17,402 nt of DNA from Spirochaetia bacterium (GCA_038204425.1 JBBRCZ010000023.1:1-17402), one strand, 5' to 3'; positions 1 to 7,532 are shown, numbered from the stretch's first letter. The notes: generated by a model from the sequence alone, not told the origin. Program-made: numbers and translations.

Positions 1-70
1 CTCAAGAGTCAACTGGGCGTTGCCTCTTGAGAGGTCCCTGTTCTACGGTTCAAATCCGTCTTCTACGTGT

Positions 71-101
71 AAAAAAAGAACAGGACAAGCCTGTTCTTTT
101 T
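71..101. terminator. Rho-independent terminator (bidirectional form) downstream of tRNA-Pro
   Basis: aaaaagaacagg-acaag-cctgttcttttt is a perfect 12-bp inverted repeat flanked by A/T runs. On the minus strand it ends in a T7 tract and lies just after the tRNA 3' end. Confidence 0.75.
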
Positions 102-107
102 CAATTA

Positions 108-181
108 TCGGGCTGGCCGGATTTGAACCGGCGACCCCTAGTCCCCCAGACTAGTACGCTAAACCCCTGCGCTACAGCCCG
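108..181 (-). tRNA. tRNA-Pro (anticodon GGG), CCA not encoded
   Basis: Reverse complement is CGGGCTGTAGCGCAGGGGTTTAGCGTACTAGTCTGGGGGACTAGGGGTCGCCGGTTCAAATCCGGCCAGCCCGA. It has acceptor stem CGGGCTG/CAGCCCG, anticodon arm CTAGT-CTGGGGG-ACTAG and T-arm GCCGG-TTCAAAT-CCGGC. Confidence 0.97.
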
Positions 182-195
182 TTTTAGTATGACAA

Positions 196-224
196 AAACT
201 ACCATTTCGGCTAGTAGCTGTCAA
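196..224 (-). promoter_or_regulatory. sigma70-type promoter of tRNA-Pro
   Basis: Minus strand TTGACA (224-219), 17-bp spacer ending in TGG (extended -10), then TAGTTT (201-196), about 14 nt upstream of the mature tRNA 5' end. Confidence 0.7.
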
Positions 225-329
225 GGCAAGTGTTGGCGGGCAGGTGTCTACTGGTTTGGGTGTGCAGCGTTGGCCTAAATGAACTAAGATTTAGGTTACT
301 TAACATAATTACGGTGCTGGGGGTGGGTG

Positions 330-1490
330 ATGGCGACAAGAATTTTGGTGGTTGACGACGAGGCAATGATTTTGACCGCACTTGAGCGTGAACTTGAAGA
401 GTGGATTGCGCAGACGGGGCTCATTTTTGAAAGTGCGGATTCGGTGGACAAGGCTCTAGAAAAGGTTGCTAAAGCGCCAGACGAGTATGCGGTGGTGATT
501 TCTGACCTCAAGATGCCACGGCGTAAAGGCACAGAACTTTTGCTGGAGCTCCAAAACCGCTATGCCAACATTTCTACTATCCTTTTGACAGGTTTTTCGG
601 AAATGGATGAGATCAAGTCGGCAATTAAGTCTGGCATAATTGCTTTTATACAAAAACCTTGGGACAGCGATTTTCTTGTTGCCGAGCTCAAGCGAGGCTT
701 GGAGTTACGAAACCTAAAAGTCGATAGGCAGCGCTATGTGGATCAGTTGGAGCACGAGATTTCTTTTGCCAAACGTATTAATCAAGTATTGCTCTTGCCA
801 GAACTTCGCTCAGTCAAAGGCATAGAGCTTGGCCTGGCCTACAAGCCGGTTGCTAAGTCTTCTTGTGGCGGGGATTTTTTTCAGATTATTCCTTGGTCCA
901 AGGACGAACTTTTGGTTTGCCTTGGCGATGTAGAGCTTCACGGAGTCGAAGGTACCTATTTTGCCTTGTTGGTGCGTGACCAGCTTAAGGCTATTCTTGC
1001 CGACTTGCCTAGTGGGCATGCGGTAAATCCGGCAACTATTCTCGAGCTGCTCAACAATCGTATTATTGCTTTGCAGGTCAATTTGCCTAGTGTGATTATG
1101 CCCATGAGTGTACTCAGCATTCGTAGAACCGAAAAAAAGATAGTCTATGCCTGCGCAGGTGGCGAACAATTTTTTGTCTTTAGGAAGGCTATGGCCGAGA
1201 GGCACCATCTGCCGAGTCCTGGCCTTGGCTATCAAAAGGACGTACTTTTTGTTACCAGGACGATTGCCATTGAAGAAGGTGATAGAATTATCTTGGCTTC
1301 CAACGGCGCAGAACTCGGTGATTCGATAGACCAAGAGCATGTGGCTGCGAGTCTTGCTAAGATTCTAGAAGAAAGCGCTACCATGCAAATGGCGGCCGAT
1401 CGCTTACTAGAGCAGTTTGAAAGTCTCAGACCATCTGGATTTGTGGATGACGCAAGCCTGATTGCACTCAGCATAGAGGACCTAGCTTGA
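330..1490 (+). CDS. Response regulator: receiver domain + coiled coil + SpoIIE/PP2C-type (RsbU/RssB-like) phosphatase domain
   Basis: REC motifs ILVVDDE, VISDLKMP (phospho-Asp), LLTG and IQKPW. PP2C motifs Q-x-L-L-P, GGDFF, GDVELHG, ASNG and DDASLI. Start is ATG at 330 (GTG at 327 is an alternative), preceded by a G-rich RBS-like run. Confidence 0.85.
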   Translation: MATRILVVDDEAMILTALERELEEWIAQTGLIFESADSVDKALEKVAKAPDEYAVVISDLKMPRRKGTELLLELQNRYANISTILLTGFSEMDEIKSAIKSGIIAFIQKPWDSDFLVAELKRGLELRNLKVDRQRYVDQLEHEISFAKRINQVLLLPELRSVKGIELGLAYKPVAKSSCGGDFFQIIPWSKDELLVCLGDVELHGVEGTYFALLVRDQLKAILADLPSGHAVNPATILELLNNRIIALQVNLPSVIMPMSVLSIRRTEKKIVYACAGGEQFFVFRKAMAERHHLPSPGLGYQKDVLFVTRTIAIEEGDRIILASNGAELGDSIDQEHVAASLAKILEESATMQMAADRLLEQFESLRPSGFVDDASLIALSIEDLA

Positions 1491-3601
1491 AAACGGCGTC
1501 GGCGTCGGCCTTGCTTAGACGCACCCTGATGATTGGCACAAGTTGTTCCTTCTTTTGCGCACTATCCGTAAGTTGCTTCTTCTTTTATTTTGCCGAGCTC
1601 GCGCCGCCAGTCTGGTTGATTGTTTCATGCACGGCCTTTGGGCTTAGCTTTGTAGCTCTACTTGTGCACATTCGACGTTTGGGTCACTTCTATCTAGACT
1701 TTGACAATTTGAGTAAACGCGCTCAAGGCATACTGGACGGCAAGGTACGCTTGTCGGTTGCAAGTCTCGATTGGCCCGACTTGGACGTGTTCAATCGCGC
1801 CTTTTTACTCTTGGCGCGCAAGCTTCAACTGGCGAGTTGGCAAAAAGTTACTGATAGCGATCTCGATCTTGGACTTGAGGAATTGCAGCAGTTTTCGCAA
1901 TTGAGGCGTGAGATTGATCGCATTATGCTGGAGACCAAGCGCTTTGATTTGCTTCATCAGCTGGCGGCAACTTTGTTGACCTGGTGTTCCGCCAAGACCT
2001 GTATAGTTGCACTTTTTCTGGAAGGCAAGTTGATTGAAGTTGGCTACCAAAGCACTGGCGATGACTTTGTGCTCAGCCTGGGCTTTTCCGAGGGCATCTG
2101 GGACAGTCAAAGAATTTGCTCAGGATCGGCAAACGGTGCCAGTCAGCGCCAGGTTTTGGCACTCAAGGGGCAAGACGGCGTATTTGGCTTTGTGGAATTA
2201 CTCGATCGCGGTCGTACGTTTGGTCGCTTGGATCAGGAGTTTATGCAAGAGCTGAGCCTTGCCTTGGCCACATCGACCTGGTTAATCTTGCAAGCTTACC
2301 GAGAGGAGCATCGACGCTTGGCCGCGACGGTCGCACTAAGAGACAGCGAAGTACAAGTTCAATCTTTGGCAGCTGAATCTCCAGACGCGATCTTGACGCT
2401 TAACATCGACGGTACTATTGGCGAAGCCAATCGGGCAGCCAACGACTTGCTTGCGCAGAACAAAACTGGGCTTTTGCCAGGCAAAAAAATCCAAACCTAC
2501 CTGCTCAATGCTGAGGATTTGACTACCATGTTGCGTATTGTTCGTAGTGGCAAGCATGTTGGCGACTTTGAATTGATTGTAGGCAGTCACGGGCGAGAGA
2601 TATTTACCACTGCAGCGCTGACGCCGATTTACCACAACGGTACAGACTTTGAACAGTTCTATCTTGTTCTGCGTGACATTAGTGAGCGTGTTAAGTTTAG
2701 CCAAGACTTGCTATTGGCCAATATGGAGCTTAATGCGCTCTATCAAAAACTGCAAACCAGCTATCTGCAGTTGGTGCAGCAAGAAAAACTGGCCAGCATA
2801 GGCCAACTTGCGGCGGGGATCGCTCACGAGATCAACAATCCTTTGGGGTTTGTGCGTAGCAATTTAGGTATGTTGCAAAAATATCAACAAAAGATATTTG
2901 CAGGTCTAGAACTAATAAAGAGCACCGCACCAAGTGTTGCAGTGGAGCACCTTGCGGTCGAGTTTGGTCTCAATACTGTCCAGGGCAAACTGGACTCACT
3001 CATGAGTGAAACTATGACAGGCTTGGACCGCATAACAACGATTGTGAAGAGTCTCAAGGCCTTTTCTCGCATAGATAGTGATGGTAGCAAGGCAGCGGCC
3101 ATCAACATAAACGACGCGGTCCAGACCACTATAACGGTTGCCCACAACGAGTACCGTTACATTGCAGAGCTTAGTTTTGAACCCGGCGATGTGCCAATTT
3201 TGCAGTGTTTTGGCGACCAGCTCAACCAAGTTTTGCTCAACCTATTAGTTAACGCTAGTCAAGCCATTAAGTCTCAGGCAAGAACTGAGCTTGGCCAGAT
3301 CCACATTAAGACCTACCTCGAGAAAAACGGTTTGGTTATAGAAATAAAGGACGATGGACCAGGTATGAGCAATGAAGTAAAGGCGCGTATCTTTGAACCA
3401 TTTTATACCACCAAGGACGTTGGCGAGGGCACTGGTTTGGGTTTGTCTATTTCTCGCGATATTATTGTCAATAAACATGGTGGCAAAATCGAGGTAGAAA
3501 GCCAACTCGGTCTAGGTTGCCGCTTTAAGGTTTGGCTACCTTTGGACTATCCAGACTTACCAAGCACAGAAGAGGCTCTCTCAGAAAATGTCAGTATTTA
3601 G
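1487..3601 (+). CDS. Membrane sensor histidine kinase (2 TM, HAMP-like, GAF-like, PAS, HisKA, HATPase; NtrB-like core)
   Basis: H-box EKLASIGQLAAGIAHEINNPLGFV, N-box QLNQVLLNLLVNASQAI, G1 DDGPGM, F/G2 FEPFYTTKDVGEGTGLGLSIS. PAS segment SPDAILTLNIDGTI...VLRDISER. Two N-terminal hydrophobic helices. The TTG start overlaps the upstream TGA (TTGA). Confidence 0.92.
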   Translation: MKTASASALLRRTLMIGTSCSFFCALSVSCFFFYFAELAPPVWLIVSCTAFGLSFVALLVHIRRLGHFYLDFDNLSKRAQGILDGKVRLSVASLDWPDLDVFNRAFLLLARKLQLASWQKVTDSDLDLGLEELQQFSQLRREIDRIMLETKRFDLLHQLAATLLTWCSAKTCIVALFLEGKLIEVGYQSTGDDFVLSLGFSEGIWDSQRICSGSANGASQRQVLALKGQDGVFGFVELLDRGRTFGRLDQEFMQELSLALATSTWLILQAYREEHRRLAATVALRDSEVQVQSLAAESPDAILTLNIDGTIGEANRAANDLLAQNKTGLLPGKKIQTYLLNAEDLTTMLRIVRSGKHVGDFELIVGSHGREIFTTAALTPIYHNGTDFEQFYLVLRDISERVKFSQDLLLANMELNALYQKLQTSYLQLVQQEKLASIGQLAAGIAHEINNPLGFVRSNLGMLQKYQQKIFAGLELIKSTAPSVAVEHLAVEFGLNTVQGKLDSLMSETMTGLDRITTIVKSLKAFSRIDSDGSKAAAININDAVQTTITVAHNEYRYIAELSFEPGDVPILQCFGDQLNQVLLNLLVNASQAIKSQARTELGQIHIKTYLEKNGLVIEIKDDGPGMSNEVKARIFEPFYTTKDVGEGTGLGLSISRDIIVNKHGGKIEVESQLGLGCRFKVWLPLDYPDLPSTEEALSENVSI

Positions 3602-5426
3602 TCGATTGCTCGCGGCGCTTGGTTTTGGCAAAAAGGCGCACACAGCGGCGTTGCCTCTTTTTGAGAGTACCGTCATAGCCATGGCAGAGATAGCCGGTGG
3701 AACATGGCGCATAGAAGCACAAGCAGAGGCTGTCTTTGAAGGTTGGATGGCGGCACAGAGCACGCTCGACTATCTTAGTTTTTTCCACGCGGAACATGGC
3801 AGCCTAGCTTGGTTAGTAACTTCTGGTGAGCAACAAAAGCCAGGCACTACCGTGCAGTCTCATGCTGATATGGCGGCTGGTGTTGAGTCCGTACTTGCAT
3901 TTTGTGCGTCAGAACAGCAGGGGCAAGCAGAAAGGTTCGCTGGACATTGTGGCATGCGGGCCAAAGGTCCGGCACAGATCAAAGCTCTGTGGAGCCGCTT
4001 GCCAGCGCTCAAGATATTTAGCTTAAAAAACCAAGATCAAAAAGGTGAATACTTTTTGTTGATGGAAGAAGTGAGTCTGCGCTACATCAGGCGTTCGATT
4101 GATAGAGTTTGGCCTAGCAAGTCGGGGCAAGAGATTGCGGCATTTTGTACAGGACGCAATCAGCTTGTCTTGGACGACGAGGGTAAGCAGAGTCAAGTAA
4201 CGAGCATGGTTTTTAAGCAACCAGATAGCTTTTTTGCACATGATTTTTTTGTACCCAACATGAGCGAAACCGCTGGACAAGCCATCCACTGCCACGCCAG
4301 CAGCATCGGCCAGGTAGCTGACTACAATCAGCGTTTTGGTGCAGCGTACAAAGCCGCAGGCTTTAAGGCCATCAACCAAAATGGCGTGCCGATTGAGTGG
4401 TGGTATGTGGTCTATGGCAACTGGGGTCTTGGCGGCGAGCAAGTGCTCGACTTACTCAAACAGATGCTTAAGCACGCCATGGCGATGCTAAAGACTTACG
4501 CCGGCTTTAGTTTGGCGCGACTGAGCTTTGCACCTCTGTCCTTGCCACCCCCAAACGAGTCAAACCAGGTGATAAACTACAGGGTAGGCTTTAGTGGGGC
4601 CACGTCAGCTGGCTTGGCAGTTTGCGTGCCTAGCTCGACAGTCCAAGCACTCGCACAAGCAGCCAAGCCACTTTTGCAGTTGAGAGAAGAGATCAATCAA
4701 GACCTGTCTATAAGTCAAGCCTTGAGCAAACTCAGGATCAAGACGGACGCGCCGCTTGGATTGGCGCACTTTCTTATGGCACTTGGCCCCGCCGACAGCG
4801 AACGCTGCCTGTCGGCCTTTATTGGATTGGGGCATGGACTTTCGGATTTGTTTGATTTTTTTGTCCAAGCTTGGGCCGATCCAAAAAAGCCTGAACAGAT
4901 AATCTACTATCAACAAGATGGTGACTTTGATCACGAGCTGTTTTTGTCACGACTGGGACAACGCTGGCGAAACGAGCTTAGCCAACACTACAAGCGATAT
5001 ACTGGCAAAGTAAGACTGGCCAAACCGTGTCCTTGGGAACTAGAGCTCAAACAAAAAGAACTTATGGTAGGCCTCTATCATTTTGTCAAAACAGGTCGAT
5101 TGTTAGTCTCGGCTTCAATTAAAAACGTTTTATACCAGCTGTTTGAACTGCCCTTTGAACAGGACTGCGCTAGACAAGCGCGCGCTCACGCCCAAACTGC
5201 CATCCAAGTCTGGCAAGCCGACAACGAGAAGTCTGGCATAAAAACCAGTCCACGAAAATCTTGGTTTGTCGCAGATGAGAGTCTTATCGCACCCTATGCA
5301 AATCTGTTAAGTACACATGACCGGACGGCAATTGAAGAAGAAATTCTAAAACGAAAGCTGCGAATCAAGGATGGCATCTTGGTTCTGCCTAATTACCAGT
5401 TACTTGAGGAAATTCTCCAGCACTAA
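3588..5426 (+). CDS. Hypothetical protein, 612 aa (possible degenerate CheC/CheX/FliM-like fold segments)
   Basis: Long ORF overlapping the kinase 3' end by 14 nt on the same strand and ending 46 nt before ychF. No confidently recognisable family. Confidence 0.8.
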   Translation: MSVFSRLLAALGFGKKAHTAALPLFESTVIAMAEIAGGTWRIEAQAEAVFEGWMAAQSTLDYLSFFHAEHGSLAWLVTSGEQQKPGTTVQSHADMAAGVESVLAFCASEQQGQAERFAGHCGMRAKGPAQIKALWSRLPALKIFSLKNQDQKGEYFLLMEEVSLRYIRRSIDRVWPSKSGQEIAAFCTGRNQLVLDDEGKQSQVTSMVFKQPDSFFAHDFFVPNMSETAGQAIHCHASSIGQVADYNQRFGAAYKAAGFKAINQNGVPIEWWYVVYGNWGLGGEQVLDLLKQMLKHAMAMLKTYAGFSLARLSFAPLSLPPPNESNQVINYRVGFSGATSAGLAVCVPSSTVQALAQAAKPLLQLREEINQDLSISQALSKLRIKTDAPLGLAHFLMALGPADSERCLSAFIGLGHGLSDLFDFFVQAWADPKKPEQIIYYQQDGDFDHELFLSRLGQRWRNELSQHYKRYTGKVRLAKPCPWELELKQKELMVGLYHFVKTGRLLVSASIKNVLYQLFELPFEQDCARQARAHAQTAIQVWQADNEKSGIKTSPRKSWFVADESLIAPYANLLSTHDRTAIEEEILKRKLRIKDGILVLPNYQLLEEILQH

Positions 5427-5435
5427 AAGGCGCAC

Positions 5436-5464
5436 TTGTTTTTTTGTGGTGCAGTCTTTAGTAT
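5436..5464 (+). promoter_or_regulatory. Putative sigma70 promoter of ychF (likely leaderless or near-leaderless transcript)
   Basis: TTGTTT (5436-5441), 17-bp spacer, TAGTAT (5459-5464). The ATG follows 8 nt later with no Shine-Dalgarno. Confidence 0.45.
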
Positions 5465-5472
5465 ACGCAACT

Positions 5473-6579
5473 ATGGCATTAAACTGTGGAATCGTCGGAC
5501 TTCCCAATGTGGGCAAGTCAACTATTTTTTCGGCACTCACTTCGGCACCAGCCGAAAGCGCAAACTATCCTTTTTGTACGATTGACCCCAACGTTGGCAT
5601 AGTTAATGTGCCCGACAAGCGCTTGGCCAAAATTAGAGAATTTATTGATTCTGAAAAGGTAATCCCAGCTGCCGTTGAGTTTGTTGACATTGCAGGCTTG
5701 GTCAAGGGCGCGAGCAAAGGTGAGGGCTTGGGCAACAAATTTCTGAGCCATATACGAGAAACAGGCATCATAGCCCATGTTGTGCGCTGCTTTGAAGACG
5801 CAGACATTATTCATGTAGAAAACAAAGTGGATCCGGCCAGCGACATAGAAACCATCAATATTGAACTCGCTTTGGCAGACCTTGAGACTGTTGAAAAGCG
5901 AATCATCCGGGCAGACAAAGAGCAACGAGCCCAGGGTGACGCCGCCAAAGCTGCCAAAGCAGTCATGCCACTTTTAGGTCAACTTAAAGTTCTTTTGTCT
6001 GATGGAAAGCCGGCCCGCTTGCTAGAACTTGATGACGACCAAGAAAAGCTAATCTACGACTTGCACCTGCTGACACGCAAAAAGCTGATGTACGTCTGTA
6101 ATGTTGACGAAGCTAGCATTGGAGCCAGCAATCACCACGTTGAGAGCGTGCAGGCAATTGCCGCCGGCGAAGACGCGCCAGTCTTGATAATTTGCGGCCA
6201 GTTGGAAAAAGAAATTGCAGCCCTGGAGACCGCCGAAGAGCGCGAGGCGTTTTTGCAAGACGCCGGTTTGACCGAGTCCGGACTCGACTCAGTCATCCGC
6301 GAAGCCTATCACCAGCTTGGACTGCGCACCTATTTTACTGCCGGCCCAAAAGAGATTAGAGCCTGGACCTTTCCAGAAGGAGCCAAGGCCCCTCAAGCAG
6401 CCGCCGTTATTCACACCGACTTTGAAAAAGGATTTATTCGCGCTGAAGTTTATCACTTTGATGACCTGATGACCTTTAAGACCGAGCAGAAAGTGCGCGA
6501 GGCTGGCAAACTTCGTCAAGAAGGCAAAGAGTACCTAGTCAAAGACGGCGACCTGATATTCTTTAAGTTTAACTTGTAA
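5473..6579 (+). CDS. ychF: Redox-regulated ribosome-binding ATPase YchF (Obg family)
   Basis: GIVGLPNVGKST (P-loop), NYPFCTIDPN, DIAGLVKGASKGEGLGNKFL, NVDE (ATP-type G4), and TGS-domain end EGKEYLVKDGDLIFFKFN. True start is ATG 5473, not 5371. Confidence 0.98.
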   Translation: MALNCGIVGLPNVGKSTIFSALTSAPAESANYPFCTIDPNVGIVNVPDKRLAKIREFIDSEKVIPAAVEFVDIAGLVKGASKGEGLGNKFLSHIRETGIIAHVVRCFEDADIIHVENKVDPASDIETINIELALADLETVEKRIIRADKEQRAQGDAAKAAKAVMPLLGQLKVLLSDGKPARLLELDDDQEKLIYDLHLLTRKKLMYVCNVDEASIGASNHHVESVQAIAAGEDAPVLIICGQLEKEIAALETAEEREAFLQDAGLTESGLDSVIREAYHQLGLRTYFTAGPKEIRAWTFPEGAKAPQAAAVIHTDFEKGFIRAEVYHFDDLMTFKTEQKVREAGKLRQEGKEYLVKDGDLIFFKFNL

Positions 6580-6603
6580 GGTTGTTTGCTCGTTAAAGGG
6601 TAG

Positions 6604-6852
6604 GGTAGGGCTGCCGCTAAAAAGAAGTTAAAGTTCAGGACAAATGACCTTGTATACGGTCCTTCAGCCGGTGGTATGATTCGTCTTGATATGACAAACA
6701 TATCTGATGCAGCAGGAGCTTTAAACGGAACCGGTCAATTCGGAAATTCCGTTACTGCCGGAGAACTAAGATACCTCCAGCAGAATTGGGGCCGTTTCTC
6801 GGGCAATACCACCTTCTATCAAAACGGAGCACAGGTGGTAGCACCATGGTAA
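6604..6852 (+). pseudogene. Orphan C-terminal fragment of a polymorphic (Rhs/CDI-like) toxin
   Basis: Open frame not in the ORF track: GRAAAKKKLKFRTNDLVYGPSAGGMIRLDMTNISDAAGALNGTGQFGNSVTAGELRYLQQNWGRFSGNTTFYQNGAQVVAPW*. The ending T-x-x-ELRY...FYxNGxxVxAPW* resembles toxin tips of Rhs-type proteins. An internal ATG at 6676 gives 58 aa. Confidence 0.55.
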
Positions 6853-7133
6853 GAAATATTCTGGAACTTAATTCGGAATCTTTTCTGGAACTAAAGCAAG
6901 CGGAAAATGGCTGGACACAAATTTGGTTGTCTCATCGAGGAGCAAAAGTTGAATTGGGAGGGAGTACCAGCAGTTGGGATTCTATCGCTTTGAAAAAATG
7001 CGTTCCCGTGGCTTTGGCCACGGGCAGCCGGATACTTTACAATCAGTACTGCCCACATTGTCGCAGATTCCTTGCCCAAGGAGATACAGAAAAAACTGCC
7101 TCGGTACCCAGTCCCTGCATTGCGCATAGGTAA
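6846..7133 (+). pseudogene. Putative immunity protein (5' part), probably truncated or chimeric
   Basis: ATG 6846 overlaps the toxin-fragment stop (ccATGGTAAg), with an aggtgg SD-like motif upstream. It reads MVRNILELNSESFLELKQAENGWTQIWLSHRGAKVELGG..., and the 3' third runs out of frame over the GNAT fragment. Confidence 0.4.
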
Positions 7134-7212
7134 ACTGGCGGTTGACCAATCTTTTCAAGGCACTGGTGTTGGCCTGTGGCTTCTGATCCACGCTTTGCAA
7201 AAAGCTGTACTT
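7024..7212 (+). pseudogene. Internal fragment of a TacT/AtaT-like GNAT acetyltransferase (type II TA toxin family)
   Basis: AAGYFTISTAHIVADSLPKEIQKKLPRYPVPALRIGKLAVDQSFQGTGVGLWLLIHALQKAVL carries the family signature GY(Y/F)TL...LPRYPVPA.LIGRLAVD and the acetyl-CoA motif QGxGxG. N- and C-termini are missing (in-frame TGA at 6991 upstream). Confidence 0.85.
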
Positions 7213-7331
7213 ACCCTTAGCTACGATAAAAGCTGCGATGCACTCAGAGTTATAGGCCCCCCCGCAATGAAAGGCCTTGGCATCCTTGCCATAGTAATCG
7301 CCTTCTTGGCTCCCCTGGCCCTTCATACTAC

Positions 7332-7380
7332 TGAATCACCCCGGTTTACCGGAGACCGAACTCTTTGAGAGGATACGGCC
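7332..7380 (+). mobile_element. Left end (IRL + RBS) of an IS3-family, IS51/IS629-like insertion sequence; transposase absent
   Basis: TGAATCACCCCGGTTTACCGGAGAC resembles the TGAA(C/T)CGCCCCGG...GGAGAC terminal repeat of that group. It is followed by TTTGAGAGGATACGGCC, where orfA would start, but no ATG or orfA follows. Confidence 0.65.
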
Positions 7381-7492
7381 GTTCGCTAGCTGGCACGAAG
7401 TGCTGGGTCAACCGACCGTGGCCGATGCCAACTGCGACCGTCTCTTCTCCAATGGTAAAAAATCGAATTTAAGGGTGAATCCCTACGGAGGT
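7379..7492 (+). pseudogene. istB: C-terminal fragment of IS21-family helper ATPase IstB, frameshifted
   Basis: PFASWHEVLGQPTVADANCDRLFSNGK, then a frameshift in the A6 run at 7457-7462, then IEFKGESLRR. This matches the IstB C-terminal consensus P...WH..IG.PT.ADAI.DRL.H.A..IELKGES.R. Confidence 0.8.
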
Positions 7493-7532
7493 CGACCATA
7501 AAGCCTTGGCCCAAACCTGCCACCTCCCTAAG

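Noticed and set aside
27..278. 83-aa ORF on the + strand
   Set aside because: It is the antisense reading of tRNA-Pro, its promoter and its terminator.
5371..5472. 34-aa N-terminal extension of YchF in the ORF track
   Set aside because: It overlaps the upstream gene and a promoter; the family N-terminus begins at ATG 5473.
6577..6603. Read-through fusion of YchF to the toxin-like frame (same reading frame)
   Set aside because: Two stops (TAA 6577, TAG 6601) intervene and YchF ends at its normal C-terminus; frame identity is a one-in-three coincidence.
6982..7326. 114-aa minus-strand ORF, and the full 7072..7368 ORF as a real gene
   Set aside because: Both span junctions between unrelated fragments; only 7024-7212 has recognisable (GNAT) similarity.
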